A DNA stretch of 60,443 nt from Elusimicrobiota bacterium (GCA_028714015.1 JAQTNG010000001.1:1-60443); one strand, 5' to 3'. Counted from the stretch's first letter, positions 42,779-51,231 are shown. Notes: generated by a model not told the origin, from the sequence alone. Numbers and translations are program-made.

Positions 42779-43150
42779 CTATTGAATCGCTCGCTGTCCG
42801 GCCGATCGGATGGTCATGAGACGCACCGGCCGCGGGTATCCTTGGGCGTCGCGGTCGTCCTCGGGCGCCGAGCCCGTGGTCGGCGCCGGGCTGGCCGCGG
42901 CGGCCGCCAGGTGCGGGTGGATCTGCGCCACGAACTCCGGCCGCACCTGCTCGAACTCGAAAGCGGCGACGTCGGCCGGGAAGCGGCGCCCCGAGGCGAG
43001 GCACTCCAGGGCGACGTAGGGCAGCGAGACCGACAGGATCCGGTAGAGGGCGGGCGTGGCGACGTGGTCCCAGTCCTGGTCGAGCGGGTGGGCGCGCGCG
43101 TAGCGGATCGCCACGTACAGGCCGGGCCGCAAGTCCTCGGGGTGGATCAT
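42779..43150 (-). CDS. hypothetical protein, 123 aa
   Basis: ATG 43150 overlaps the portal TGA (ATGA). Confidence 0.65.
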   Translation of the reverse strand: MIHPEDLRPGLYVAIRYARAHPLDQDWDHVATPALYRILSVSLPYVALECLASGRRFPADVAAFEFEQVRPEFVAQIHPHLAAAAASPAPTTGSAPEDDRDAQGYPRPVRLMTIRSAGQRAIQ

Positions 43151-45054
43151 TTGCTCCCCTTGCGCGCTTCCTCGATCCGCTCCGGGTGCTTCGGCTGCGC
43201 GCCGGGGCCCTGGACCTCGTGAGCGCCGTCCAGCTGACGCTGGGGGCCCGGCCACGGCACGGCCGAGCTGCCCGTCCCGGCGCCGGTGACGCCGCGCGGG
43301 TCCGCGCCGCCCTCGGTGCTGCTGCGGCCGCCCTGGAAGCCGACCGGCGGCGGCTCCTTGCCCTCCGACGCGTAGCTGCGGACGGAACCGTCCGGGGCGC
43401 CGTTGGGGGCCGTGCGGCGCTCGGACGTGGGCGCGAGGCGCGCCGCGGCCGGGTCGTCGCCCGGCTTCGCGGGGCGCAGCTCCTCGGCCGCCTCGGTGTC
43501 CGGGTTGAGCGGCGTGCCCGCCAGGTCGCCGAAGTTCGCGCCCGTCTCGATGGCGATCGGGATGAGGCCCTCTTTCTGCTGCCACTCCAGGGCCTGCTTG
43601 GGCGAGATCAGGCCGGCCGTGAGGTTCTGGACGATGCGCTCGGTCTTGGACTTCTTGATCTGCTCCTCGTCCACGCTGGACAGCACGCGCAGGGGCTTCC
43701 ACTTGAACCGGAACGGGAGGTCGGCGCCCTTCACGGACCGCACGACCATCTTCAGCACGCGGCGCATGCGCGGGCGGTTCGGCTCCCGGATGACGCTGTC
43801 GACCATCGCGTTGTACGTCTCGAGGTCGTCCTCACCGGAGGCCAGGCCCGTGGACCCGATGCCCCAAATCTTGCTCTGCGGCATCTGCATGGCCTCGGCG
43901 ATGTCCATGCGGTTCTCTTTGGCCATTTCCGCGATGCCCGCGAAGCTCACCTGCTTCTGGGTGTACTGGTCGTTCTTGTCCAGGATCATCGCGTTGTTGA
44001 ACGACTTGTAGCGGTTGATGAGCGCGATCCGGCGCTGCGTGAGCTGGGACGCCATGGGGGAGGCCAGCTGGCTCTTGTAGCCGTCGATGTTGAACACGTC
44101 GACCTTGGCCTCGAGCATGAGCTCGAACTTGGCGTTCTTGGTGCGCATGTAGCCGTTGAAGTCCTCGGACATGCGCTGGATCTCCGACAGGCCCCAGCCG
44201 GCCAGCTGGTCGCGGATGAGGAACGGTGCCCGCTTGCCGCAGAGGGTCATGACGCGCGAGGCGTGGACCTTGAGCCCGTAGAAGTCGTAGTAGCCGGACA
44301 CGGGGATGCGCGACTCGGACCCGAGCTCCCAGCGGCTGGCGTCGTAGATCTCGATGGGCGCGCCGTTGCGGCCGATCGTGTTCATGTTCAGCGGCTGGCT
44401 GTAGTCCTCGCCGTCCGAGTTGAAGATGAGTGCGCCGCCGCCGAACAGGCGGGCCCAGACGTTGCCGTCGCGCATGGCCTCGAGGATGCCCTGCTCCTCC
44501 AGCGCCTCGTTGATGTCCTCGATGTCCTGGTAGTCCATTTCGTCGGACTCGATCTCGAGGCCGCCGCGGAAGGCGTCGTAGACCGGGACGTCGATCGCGC
44601 GCTGGATGATGCCGTAGGTCGTGTACGAGTACATGAGCGTCAGCCACTGCAGGGTGAGTGGGGCGAACTGCAGGTTGGCGCCCATCGGCTCGAAGCTGGT
44701 CAGGTTGGTCTGCTGGGAGCCGCCGGACAGCCCGTAGCCGCCCCAGTAGCTGCCGACCGAGTTGCGGCGCGTCTTGCGCCGCGGGTCGATCTTGCGCAGG
44801 AGCTCTTCGTCGTGCGCGGCCTGCTCCAGGGAGTTGAAGTACATGCGCGCGCCCTGCTTGAAGTCGTCCAGCTTCGGCGTGGGGATCACGTCCGCGAACG
44901 GCTCGGCGCGCTGGCCGAGCGTCGGCTCCCCGCCGATGCCCATGAGGTGTTCGACGAACGCGCGCTCGGTGACGGCCGAGACCTCGTCCGCGGCCAGGTT
45001 CGGGCCGACGCCGTCGGGCCCCTTGGGGTTGCGGCCGGAGCGCAGCTTGGCCAT
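43147..45054 (-). CDS. portal protein (DUF1073-like), 635 aa
   Basis: Size and position after the terminase genes. Conserved-looking core with a Gly/Pro-rich C-terminal tail. Confidence 0.85.
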   Translation of the reverse strand: MAKLRSGRNPKGPDGVGPNLAADEVSAVTERAFVEHLMGIGGEPTLGQRAEPFADVIPTPKLDDFKQGARMYFNSLEQAAHDEELLRKIDPRRKTRRNSVGSYWGGYGLSGGSQQTNLTSFEPMGANLQFAPLTLQWLTLMYSYTTYGIIQRAIDVPVYDAFRGGLEIESDEMDYQDIEDINEALEEQGILEAMRDGNVWARLFGGGALIFNSDGEDYSQPLNMNTIGRNGAPIEIYDASRWELGSESRIPVSGYYDFYGLKVHASRVMTLCGKRAPFLIRDQLAGWGLSEIQRMSEDFNGYMRTKNAKFELMLEAKVDVFNIDGYKSQLASPMASQLTQRRIALINRYKSFNNAMILDKNDQYTQKQVSFAGIAEMAKENRMDIAEAMQMPQSKIWGIGSTGLASGEDDLETYNAMVDSVIREPNRPRMRRVLKMVVRSVKGADLPFRFKWKPLRVLSSVDEEQIKKSKTERIVQNLTAGLISPKQALEWQQKEGLIPIAIETGANFGDLAGTPLNPDTEAAEELRPAKPGDDPAAARLAPTSERRTAPNGAPDGSVRSYASEGKEPPPVGFQGGRSSTEGGADPRGVTGAGTGSSAVPWPGPQRQLDGAHEVQGPGAQPKHPERIEEARKGSK

Positions 45055-45171
45055 GAGACGCCGGTGTTCGACGACCAGCTCGTCGGCGCGCTTCGTGCGG
45101 TCCGGGCGCTCGCGCGCGGCCCCCTTGAGGTCGCCGGCGGCGTAGCGGCTGGCTCGCTTCTTTTTCAGGAC

Positions 45172-45429
45172 CTACCTCTTGCGCGCCGGGGTGTTCTTGG
45201 TCTGGGCGAGGAGCACGGCGCCGAGAGACGGGAAGCGGCCGCGGCAGCTCGTGCAGTAGGGCGACAACTGGGACGAGCCCGCCTGGTAGTGCGACTCGGG
45301 CTTCGGAGTCGCGCACTTCGCGCAGCGGCGCATCGGTTTGCGCTTGCTCGGGTCGCGCGGGTGCTGCTGGTCCTTCGGGATGGGCTTCGGGGCGGGAGGC
45401 GCGGCGGGTTCGTCTTTCGCGTTGGCCAT
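45172..45429 (-). CDS. small zinc-ribbon protein, 85 aa, probably on a leaderless mRNA
   Basis: ATG 45429 lies 8 nt after the -10 of P6. CAKC..CTSC motifs. The alternative ATG 45435 would be upstream of the predicted TSS. Confidence 0.55.
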   Translation of the reverse strand: MANAKDEPAAPPAPKPIPKDQQHPRDPSKRKPMRRCAKCATPKPESHYQAGSSQLSPYCTSCRGRFPSLGAVLLAQTKNTPARKR

Positions 45430-45436
45430 GGTCATA

Positions 45437-45465
45437 AAAATAGCATGCGGACTAGGTTTTGTCAA
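45437..45465 (-). promoter_or_regulatory. promoter P6 (TTGACA-17 nt-TATTTT)
   Basis: TTGACA at 45465-45460 and TATTTT at 45442-45437. No palindromic spacer. Confidence 0.55.
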
Positions 45466-45475
45466 CACACGGCTC

Positions 45476-47017
45476 TCAGTTCATGCCCGTATCGTTCGGG
45501 TCCAGGCCGATCAGCACGGAGTCGCGGAGGTCATCGTGCGTCGGGTAGTTGTTCACGAACTGGTACTTGACCGCCGTCTTCAGGATCCCGTCGATGTGCT
45601 TGTTCAGGCGCACGCGGCGGTTCTGAAGCAGCAGCGCTTTGCTCTCGAGGTGGGCCAGCTTGTCGGTCACGGCCGGGAGGACGGTGACGGGCGCGTCGAT
45701 CTGCGAGGCGACCTGGTCGCCGAAGTCGGCGAAGCCGGCAACGGTTTCGATGCGCACCTCGAAGCCTTGGCACGTGGGGAAGCGGTCGCGGTAGAGGCGC
45801 AGCCAGTCTTTGATCTGCTCGATGCGCTTGCCCGGGCTCAGTCGCTCGTTGCGCAGCGCGTCGATCCAGTAGACGGGCAGGCTGCCGTCCGTGCGCTGCG
45901 TCTTGAGCAGCACGCAGAAGCCCGTCGGATCGTTCTCCTGCTTCTTGCCGACGCTCGGGTCGCAGCAGATGAGGACGGCCAGCAAGACGTTGTCGACGCC
46001 GAAGCGGAACTCGAGATCCGGGTCGTATTCCCAGCCGGGCACGTTGAGCCACTCCTCGTGGACGACGGCCTCGGCGTCGCCGCCGCGCACGTTGAGGTGC
46101 TCGCGGTTGAAGATGGTCTGGTTCGTGCCGGGCGCGTTCTGCTTGGCCTTCCAGGCGTCGTAGGAGCGCAGCGCGGGCCACAAGACGGTGGGCGAATCGT
46201 ACCACTTGTACGACTGGCCGCCGTCGTCGGACCGGAACTCGCCGAAGGCGCAGAAGCGGCGGAACTTGGTCGAGGAGCCGGGCATCTTGGCCTTCTCCTC
46301 GAGCCGCTTCATGCCGTCCACGTCGTTGACCGCGGTGCCCTGCCAGCGCCAGATGGACGGGCGGTCGTTGGCCAGCATCGGCTCCAGCGTGGACTCGACC
46401 CAGTCGTTGACGGCCTGCGTCGCCTCGGGGTTGCGGATGTGGTTGTCGTCGTAGGCGTCGTCGAGCATGACGTAGTTCGGCCGCCGCAGGCGGTAGTTGG
46501 TGCCCTTCAGCGACTGGCCCGTGGTGGCGGCCTGGAAGGCGACGCCGTTGCGCAGCACGAACAGGCTGTCGGTCCACTTGTCGCGCCCGACCTGGTCGCC
46601 GTAGAGCAGGCGGATCACGGCGTTCTGCTCCAGCTCCAGCTTGATGCCCATGTTCAACGCCAGCGCTTTCTTCTCGTTGGCCTGGACGTTCAGGTAGTAG
46701 TCGTAGAGCTCCGGTTCCTCAAGCGCCTGGAACAACGGGATGCCTGCGCAGCCGATCGCCGTCTTGGCGTGGTAGCGCGGCGCCTCGAGGCCGCTCTCGG
46801 GCTCGTGGCGCGTGGCCACCTGGTACTCGTGCAGCTCGCACGGCTGCAGGTGGTAGGTGCGCGGGCTGACCGCGTGGAGCCAGCCCAGGATGTCCTTGCG
46901 CGCCGCGCAGCGCTTCGCCTTCTCGGCCCGGCCCTGGACGTTCGCGTCGTTCAACGCCTCCGGCGGCCAGGTGTGCGGGTTCTCCGGGTCGAGCGGGTCC
47001 ACGGCCGCCGCCGTCAA
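45476..47017 (-). CDS. terL: terminase large subunit, 513 aa
   Basis: TTG 47017 overlaps the terS TGA (TTGA). Walker-A-like LEAPRYHAKTA. C-terminal nuclease-like half. Upstream residues of the track ORF are Arg/Gly shadow sequence. Confidence 0.8.
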   Translation of the reverse strand: MTAAAVDPLDPENPHTWPPEALNDANVQGRAEKAKRCAARKDILGWLHAVSPRTYHLQPCELHEYQVATRHEPESGLEAPRYHAKTAIGCAGIPLFQALEEPELYDYYLNVQANEKKALALNMGIKLELEQNAVIRLLYGDQVGRDKWTDSLFVLRNGVAFQAATTGQSLKGTNYRLRRPNYVMLDDAYDDNHIRNPEATQAVNDWVESTLEPMLANDRPSIWRWQGTAVNDVDGMKRLEEKAKMPGSSTKFRRFCAFGEFRSDDGGQSYKWYDSPTVLWPALRSYDAWKAKQNAPGTNQTIFNREHLNVRGGDAEAVVHEEWLNVPGWEYDPDLEFRFGVDNVLLAVLICCDPSVGKKQENDPTGFCVLLKTQRTDGSLPVYWIDALRNERLSPGKRIEQIKDWLRLYRDRFPTCQGFEVRIETVAGFADFGDQVASQIDAPVTVLPAVTDKLAHLESKALLLQNRRVRLNKHIDGILKTAVKYQFVNNYPTHDDLRDSVLIGLDPNDTGMN

Positions 47018-47526
47018 GGCTCGGTCGGCGGCGCCGCGGGAGCGGGCGCAGGCGCGGCCGCCGAGACGGTCGCCGCGGCGGCCCGAGCCGCCTGGACCGC
47101 GGCCGTCGCCGCGATGAAGCGATCCACCTGGGACTCGGTCCACTTGGACATGTCGAGCGGCGGCAAGGCCGGCGTGGGCGGCACCAGCGGCTGGCCTCCG
47201 GCGCCGGTGATCTCCGACAGGCGCGGCATCTGCTGCGCGAAGTACGGCAGGCACAGCGCCAGCAGGCTCGTGTCGTGTTCCCGCGTGACCTTCTCCTTGG
47301 CCAGGACGCGCACGCGCTTCTTGGCGTCCTGCGGATCGAGCTCGTAGACGTAGGTCTTCTCGACGGCGTCGTAGCCCAGCGCGCGCTCGAGCGCCGCGGC
47401 CAGCAGGCGATCGGCCGCCTTCGGGCCCCCGCGCTTCTGCCAGGCGTCGAGGAAGTGCTGGCGCACCTCCGTCGCCTTGTTCGGGGTCCCCTTCTGCCGT
47501 CCGCCGATCCGTTTGCCTTTGGGCAT
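47014..47526 (-). CDS. terS: terminase small subunit, 170 aa
   Basis: N-terminal MPKGKRIGGRQKGTPNKAT DNA-binding-type motif. Position directly upstream of terL. Confidence 0.7.
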   Translation of the reverse strand: MPKGKRIGGRQKGTPNKATEVRQHFLDAWQKRGGPKAADRLLAAALERALGYDAVEKTYVYELDPQDAKKRVRVLAKEKVTREHDTSLLALCLPYFAQQMPRLSEITGAGGQPLVPPTPALPPLDMSKWTESQVDRFIAATAAVQAARAAAATVSAAAPAPAPAAPPTEP

Positions 47527-47534
47527 ACCTATTG

Positions 47535-47554
47535 GGCGGCTATTTTAGGCCGCC
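47535..47554 (-). promoter_or_regulatory. hairpin in the terS 5' leader
   Basis: GGCGGC-CTAAAATA-GCCGCC on the minus strand, ending 8 nt upstream of the terS ATG. Confidence 0.3.
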
Positions 47555-47564
47555 TACCGTCGCA

Positions 47565-47593
47565 AGGATAACACGCGCGCCGCCTGCTGTCAA
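47565..47593 (-). promoter_or_regulatory. promoter P7 (TTGACA-17 nt-TATCCT)
   Basis: TTGACA at 47593-47588 and TATCCT at 47570-47565. The upstream gene's TGA lies inside the -35. Confidence 0.55.
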
Positions 47594-47757
47594 GGAGTCG
47601 GCCCCCCGCCTCGCCGCCACTGCTCCCGGCGCCGGTCGGCGGCCGCCGCCTCTACGCAGCACGCGCGGCGGCACACCGGCGGGCTGTCCAGCAAGGCGTG
47701 GATCAACAGCGCACCGACGGCGCCCAGCAGTAACGCCACGAGCTCGCGCGGGGTCAT
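47590..47757 (-). CDS. small membrane protein, 55 aa
   Basis: ATG 47757 overlaps the upstream TGA. TM segment LVALLLGAVGALLIHALL. Confidence 0.45.
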   Translation of the reverse strand: MTPRELVALLLGAVGALLIHALLDSPPVCRRACCVEAAAADRRREQWRRGGGPTP

Positions 47758-47933
47758 CGGCGCCCCTCCACGAGCTGCGGCTGGCCGCCCGCCGCGATGA
47801 AATTCCGGTGCCCGATGCACGCCAGGATCCTCCGGCCCTGGTACGGGATAGGGCGCACGGCGCGTTTGCTTTCGCACGGCCCAGGGCGGCCGTAGTGGCG
47901 CTCGGGCACGTAGATCGCGCAGCGCGGCTTCAT
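47754..47933 (-). CDS. small basic protein, 59 aa
   Basis: ATG 47933 overlaps the upstream TGA. Confidence 0.45.
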   Translation of the reverse strand: MKPRCAIYVPERHYGRPGPCESKRAVRPIPYQGRRILACIGHRNFIAAGGQPQLVEGRR

Positions 47934-48226
47934 GAGCGCCGCTCCAGCCGATGGATCTGGGCCAGGTACTCGTTCGCGCGCTGCGCCGAGCGGGCGGTCT
48001 CCTGCTGGCTGTCGCGCAGCTCGCCGACCAGCCGGACGATCTCCCCGTTCTTGGCGGCGATCACGGCGTCCTTCGCTACGAGCTGGACCCCGGCATGGTT
48101 CAAGCTGCGGGCGCACACGTCGCGCTCCCGTTCAGCCCGCAGGGCGCGGCGGTGTTCCCCCCGCACGCGGCCGGCGAGGTAGGCGCAAGTCACGGCGAGG
48201 GCAAGGAGAACGAGGAGCGCGCTCAC
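47930..48226 (-). CDS. N-terminal TM plus coiled-coil protein (i-spanin-like), 98 aa
   Basis: GTG 48226 overlaps the upstream TGA. SALLVLLALAVTCAYLAG followed by a charged helical region. Confidence 0.55.
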   Translation of the reverse strand: MSALLVLLALAVTCAYLAGRVRGEHRRALRAERERDVCARSLNHAGVQLVAKDAVIAAKNGEIVRLVGELRDSQQETARSAQRANEYLAQIHRLERRS

Positions 48227-48345
48227 GGCTTCCTCGCGTCGCGGCAGCCTTCTAGGTGGTTCGGGTCTTTCTGCTCGTCGTACCGTTCGAGGCACATGGG
48301 GCAGTACTTCCAGACGGGCTCGGGGACGATTTCCGGGCCGTTCAC
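48223..48345 (-). CDS. tiny zinc-binding-type protein, 40 aa
   Basis: GTG 48345 overlaps the lipoprotein TGA. Sequence WKYCPMCLERYDEQKDPNHLEGC. Confidence 0.4.
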   Translation of the reverse strand: MNGPEIVPEPVWKYCPMCLERYDEQKDPNHLEGCRDARKP

Positions 48346-48674
48346 TGGCGCGCCCCTGCGGTCGGTTGGGCTTTGGCGTGGTGCGCTTTCAAGCGCGCGA
48401 CCTCGGCGCGGCCGAGCTCGAGGAAGTGCTGCTCCTCGGGCGTGAGGGCGGGAGGGGTCGGCGTCGCGGGCGCCGGGGGCAGCAGGCGGACGGTGTAGAG
48501 CAGGCGCTGCTCGGGGCCGAAGCACACGTAGATGCCCACGGGGCGGCCCTGGGCGTCTTGGGTCGTCCACTGCGGGACGGCGTTGCACTGGGCCCGGGCG
48601 GCGGGCTGGGGCTGCGTGGTGGCGCAGGCGGTGGTGAGGACGAGGACGACGAGTAAGGCGGCGAGTCGGTGCAT
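48342..48674 (-). CDS. lipoprotein with Pro-rich segment (o-spanin-like), 110 aa
   Basis: SD AGGAGA. Lipobox LVLTTAC. Pro-rich segment LLPPAPATPTPPALTP. Confidence 0.65.
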   Translation of the reverse strand: MHRLAALLVVLVLTTACATTQPQPAARAQCNAVPQWTTQDAQGRPVGIYVCFGPEQRLLYTVRLLPPAPATPTPPALTPEEQHFLELGRAEVARLKAHHAKAQPTAGARQ

Positions 48675-48694
48675 GGGGTCTCCTGGGGTCTGGT

Positions 48695-49537
48695 CTATGA
48701 GCGTTCTTTCCGGCAGTCACTGCAGACGATCTCCGAGTGGTGCAGCACGAATTTCCTGACGCCGTCCACGAGCGCGCGGCAGCGGGTGCAGCGGGTGCAG
48801 GGCTTGCAGTAGGGCCACGTGTCGGAGGCCTTCGCGCGGCCGCAACCGTTCTTGCAGAGGCGTTTGGCGCTGTTCGCCTTCCACGCGTCCGTAAGTTCCT
48901 CGCGCCGTTTGAAGGGGAGCTTGCCGAAGTGGGGATGTTCCTCGGGCGGTCGTTCGGGATCTCCCGCCTCCGCACGCGTGCGAGGGGTGTCGTTGTTGAG
49001 GTTGGAAATTTTAATCACGGCGCCGGGTGCGGCGCCTTTATGTTTCTTTCCTTTCTTTACACTCCTTATAGTGAGTGTCCCACGCGTGGGGACAGTTTTG
49101 TCCCCGCCCGTGGGACACTTTTGTCCCGCGCGTGGGGACACTTTGTCCCCGCCCGTGGGACACTCGGCGGGGTCGTTGCCGAGCAAAAACAGCTGCTTGG
49201 ACACGGGCGGTTTGCGGCCCAGCGGCTTCTCGTAAATCCACTGCTCGTGGTCCTTCTGGATCGTCAGCGACCCGTCCTCGTTTCGGACCGCGTGGCGCGT
49301 GCCCAGGAGGGACTCCAGGGCGCGGCCCGCGGCTCCGTTGGACAGGCCCAACGCCTCGGCCAGGGCGCGCACGGAAGTCGGACGCGTGTTCGCGGCGCCC
49401 TTCCAGCCCCAGGAGTGGCGCCAGATCCAGTCCCACAGTTGGCGCGCCGTGACCGTGGCCGGCGGGCACTTGATCAACGCCTCCAGTATTTCATTGGCCA
49501 GCCGCGAGTGGCCGTTTTCGAGTTGGGGGGAGGCCAT
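48695..49537 (-). CDS. replication initiator, lambda O-like N-domain plus Cys-rich C-domain, 280 aa
   Basis: ENGHSRLANEILEALIK..ARQLWDWIWRHSWGWKG resembles the Phage_rep_O N-terminus. Iterons lie inside the linker. The C-terminus has four CxxC pairs. ATG overlaps the radical-SAM TAA. Confidence 0.7.
   Translation of the reverse strand: MASPQLENGHSRLANEILEALIKCPPATVTARQLWDWIWRHSWGWKGAANTRPTSVRALAEALGLSNGAAGRALESLLGTRHAVRNEDGSLTIQKDHEQWIYEKPLGRKPPVSKQLFLLGNDPAECPTGGDKVSPRAGQKCPTGGDKTVPTRGTLTIRSVKKGKKHKGAAPGAVIKISNLNNDTPRTRAEAGDPERPPEEHPHFGKLPFKRREELTDAWKANSAKRLCKNGCGRAKASDTWPYCKPCTRCTRCRALVDGVRKFVLHHSEIVCSDCRKERS
49036..49162. repeat. candidate origin: four 19-bp dyad iterons plus an adjacent AT-rich tract
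   Basis: TGTCCCACGCGTGGGGACA (49076), TGTCCCCGCCCGTGGGACA (49099), TGTCCCGCGCGTGGGGACA (49122) and TGTCCCCGCCCGTGGGACA (49144), spaced 23/23/22 bp. The AT-rich tract 49036-49075 is unusual in this GC-rich DNA. Confidence 0.7.
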
Positions 49538-50592
49538 TAGAGCATCCGCCCCTGCGCCGCGTCCTCGGCGCCCAGCTTCGAGTCCCGCAGCCCTTCCAGC
49601 GTGAACGCAGGCCACGGAAAACGCAGCGATCCGTCGGCGTTCTTGAGCTTATAAAACCGACGGATTACCCAGCGCGCGAACCATTTCAATTCGCGGTCGG
49701 AGTTATTGTAGACCATCGGGTAAGGCAGGATCCCGCGCGCGACCATCCGCTCGAAGCGATAGAACAGACGCGTGTGGGTCTGACGGATTTTGTCGCCGGC
49801 GCAGGCGCGCCACTCCGCAACCTCGACCGGGTCGTAGCCGATGAGCATGTAGGCCATGAGTCGCCGCGGAGAAATGCCAGCGGCCTCGAGCATATCCACG
49901 CCTTTAAAGAATATGCCCTCGTCCTTCAGATTGTCCCATGCAGTATAGAGACGGCGCTGCTGGAACTGGTCGTCATAGTACGGAATGGTCGCCAGCGCAG
50001 CGCAGGCCGCAGGGTCCAACAGGCGCACGTTTAATCCCTGATTGAAGCACACCTTGTAGCCGCCGTCTCGGATCTCCGCGATGCGAGCTTCCCATTGCGC
50101 GCGCGGCTGGCCGAAAAAATCATTGTCGAGGAGGCATATTTTTTTCGGGTGATCGCTCCCGCGCCATATCTCCGCGATCGTGTTGATCGACTTCGGTCGC
50201 CCCTCTTTTTTCGGGACGACGCAGAAGCCGCAAGTCAGCCTGCAGCCCCTCTGGGTGAATCCGAGACTGTAGGCGTAGTCGGGACGGATGGAGTAGTCGT
50301 AATGCTCATACTGGGCGCCGATGACGTCCTCGACAGTAGCCGTGAGGTTCACGCCGGTGCCGCCCAGTATCGCGGAGGGCCACTCGTGCCGGAATGTGGC
50401 AATGGCGGGTTTGCTGAAGCCGAAGATCGCCGAGCCGTAGACGCGGTCATATTCGACCCCGACTTCATCGAGCTGGCGCGTGGTGTGCTTGGTGAAGTGT
50501 ACGGTGTCGCCCTTGGACTTGTGCCAGTGCGACAGCTTCATAAGCGCGAGGTTCGGCAGTTTGCCGTCGAGTTGAGTCAGACGAACGATCAC
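49537..50592 (-). CDS. radical SAM enzyme with a B12-binding-like (Rossmann-like) N-domain, 351 aa
   Basis: GCRLTCGFCVVP is a CxxxCxxC cluster motif. N-terminal LPNLALMKLSHWHKSKGDTV. First gene after P8. Confidence 0.8.
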   Translation of the reverse strand: MIVRLTQLDGKLPNLALMKLSHWHKSKGDTVHFTKHTTRQLDEVGVEYDRVYGSAIFGFSKPAIATFRHEWPSAILGGTGVNLTATVEDVIGAQYEHYDYSIRPDYAYSLGFTQRGCRLTCGFCVVPKKEGRPKSINTIAEIWRGSDHPKKICLLDNDFFGQPRAQWEARIAEIRDGGYKVCFNQGLNVRLLDPAACAALATIPYYDDQFQQRRLYTAWDNLKDEGIFFKGVDMLEAAGISPRRLMAYMLIGYDPVEVAEWRACAGDKIRQTHTRLFYRFERMVARGILPYPMVYNNSDRELKWFARWVIRRFYKLKNADGSLRFPWPAFTLEGLRDSKLGAEDAAQGRML

Positions 50593-50700
50593 AAAAATGC
50601 CTCCGCGCCCCGTGGTGGGTGGCCTGGCCGGACACCTGCCGTCGCAGGAGCGCGAAGGGAAGATTGAATGGACGGCGATGGCGGCCAGGCCATGGGATAG

Positions 50701-50729
50701 ATTCTACGCCGGGATCCTGTCAATGTCAA
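50701..50729 (-). promoter_or_regulatory. promoter P8 (TTGACA-17 nt-TAGAAT)
   Basis: Tandem TTGACATTGACA. The 5' copy (50729-24) is 17 nt from TAGAAT (50706-01). Confidence 0.6.
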
Positions 50730-50742
50730 GGTGGTCACAGTA

Positions 50743-51231
50743 TTATGACAGGTCCTGCGCAAAAAAAATGAGGGCCTGCTCGACGTGCGCGGCGGTCAGC
50801 CCGGTCTCCCGGTCCACGTGCAGGAAGTTCTTGCCGAGCTGGTGCATGTCGTAGGTGTCGTCGTCGAGGGCAAGGAAGCGGGCGTCCTCGGCGCCGTTCG
50901 TCTTCAGCCACGCGCGGATCTCCTCATGGCGCAGACGGCTGGGCAGTCCCGGAGTGACGCCGATCACGCGGTTGCGGGTGAACGCCGGGCTCAGGTAGTC
51001 GCGCAGGTCGGCCAGCGGCCGCCCCTTGCGCCAGGAGCTGGACACGACGACCTCGAGGTCGGGGATCTGAGCCGCGAGGACGGCGAGCTGCGTGAGGTTG
51101 GCCGGGTCGAAGTCGTGCCTCGGCGAGTAGGGCGCGTCCAGCGGCAGGGCCTTCCGGCGCTCGGCCTCGCGCGCGAAGAACGCGGTGTTGTTGAGGACGC
51201 CGTCGAAGTCGAGGAACAGGATCCGCCTCAT
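50743..51231 (-). CDS. HAD-superfamily phosphatase (resembles the HAD domain of RNA-repair proteins), 162 aa
   Basis: SD TAGGAGAGG. Motif I ILFLDFDGVLNN; VVVSSSW; LALDDD. Confidence 0.75.
   Translation of the reverse strand: MRRILFLDFDGVLNNTAFFAREAERRKALPLDAPYSPRHDFDPANLTQLAVLAAQIPDLEVVVSSSWRKGRPLADLRDYLSPAFTRNRVIGVTPGLPSRLRHEEIRAWLKTNGAEDARFLALDDDTYDMHQLGKNFLHVDRETGLTAAHVEQALIFFAQDLS

Noticed and set aside
40125-47347. Long plus-strand ORFs 40125..42428, 43186..45570 and 45338..47347. ORF 58584..60437 further right is the same kind.
   Set aside because: All have the same Arg/Ala/Gly/Leu/Val-biased composition. All are antisense to the Nudix, portal, terminase and ATPase genes, which have clear motifs.
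49076-49162. Regularly spaced 19-bp repeats, considered as a possible mini-CRISPR array.
   Set aside because: The gaps between repeats are only 3-4 nt. The repeats are dyad-symmetric and lie in frame inside an O-like initiator gene next to an AT-rich tract. I found no cas genes. The pattern fits origin iterons.
50718-50723. The second of the tandem TTGACA copies at P8, considered as an alternative -35.
   Set aside because: Its 17-nt partner would be CTATCC. The 5' copy pairs with TAGAAT, so only that one is called.
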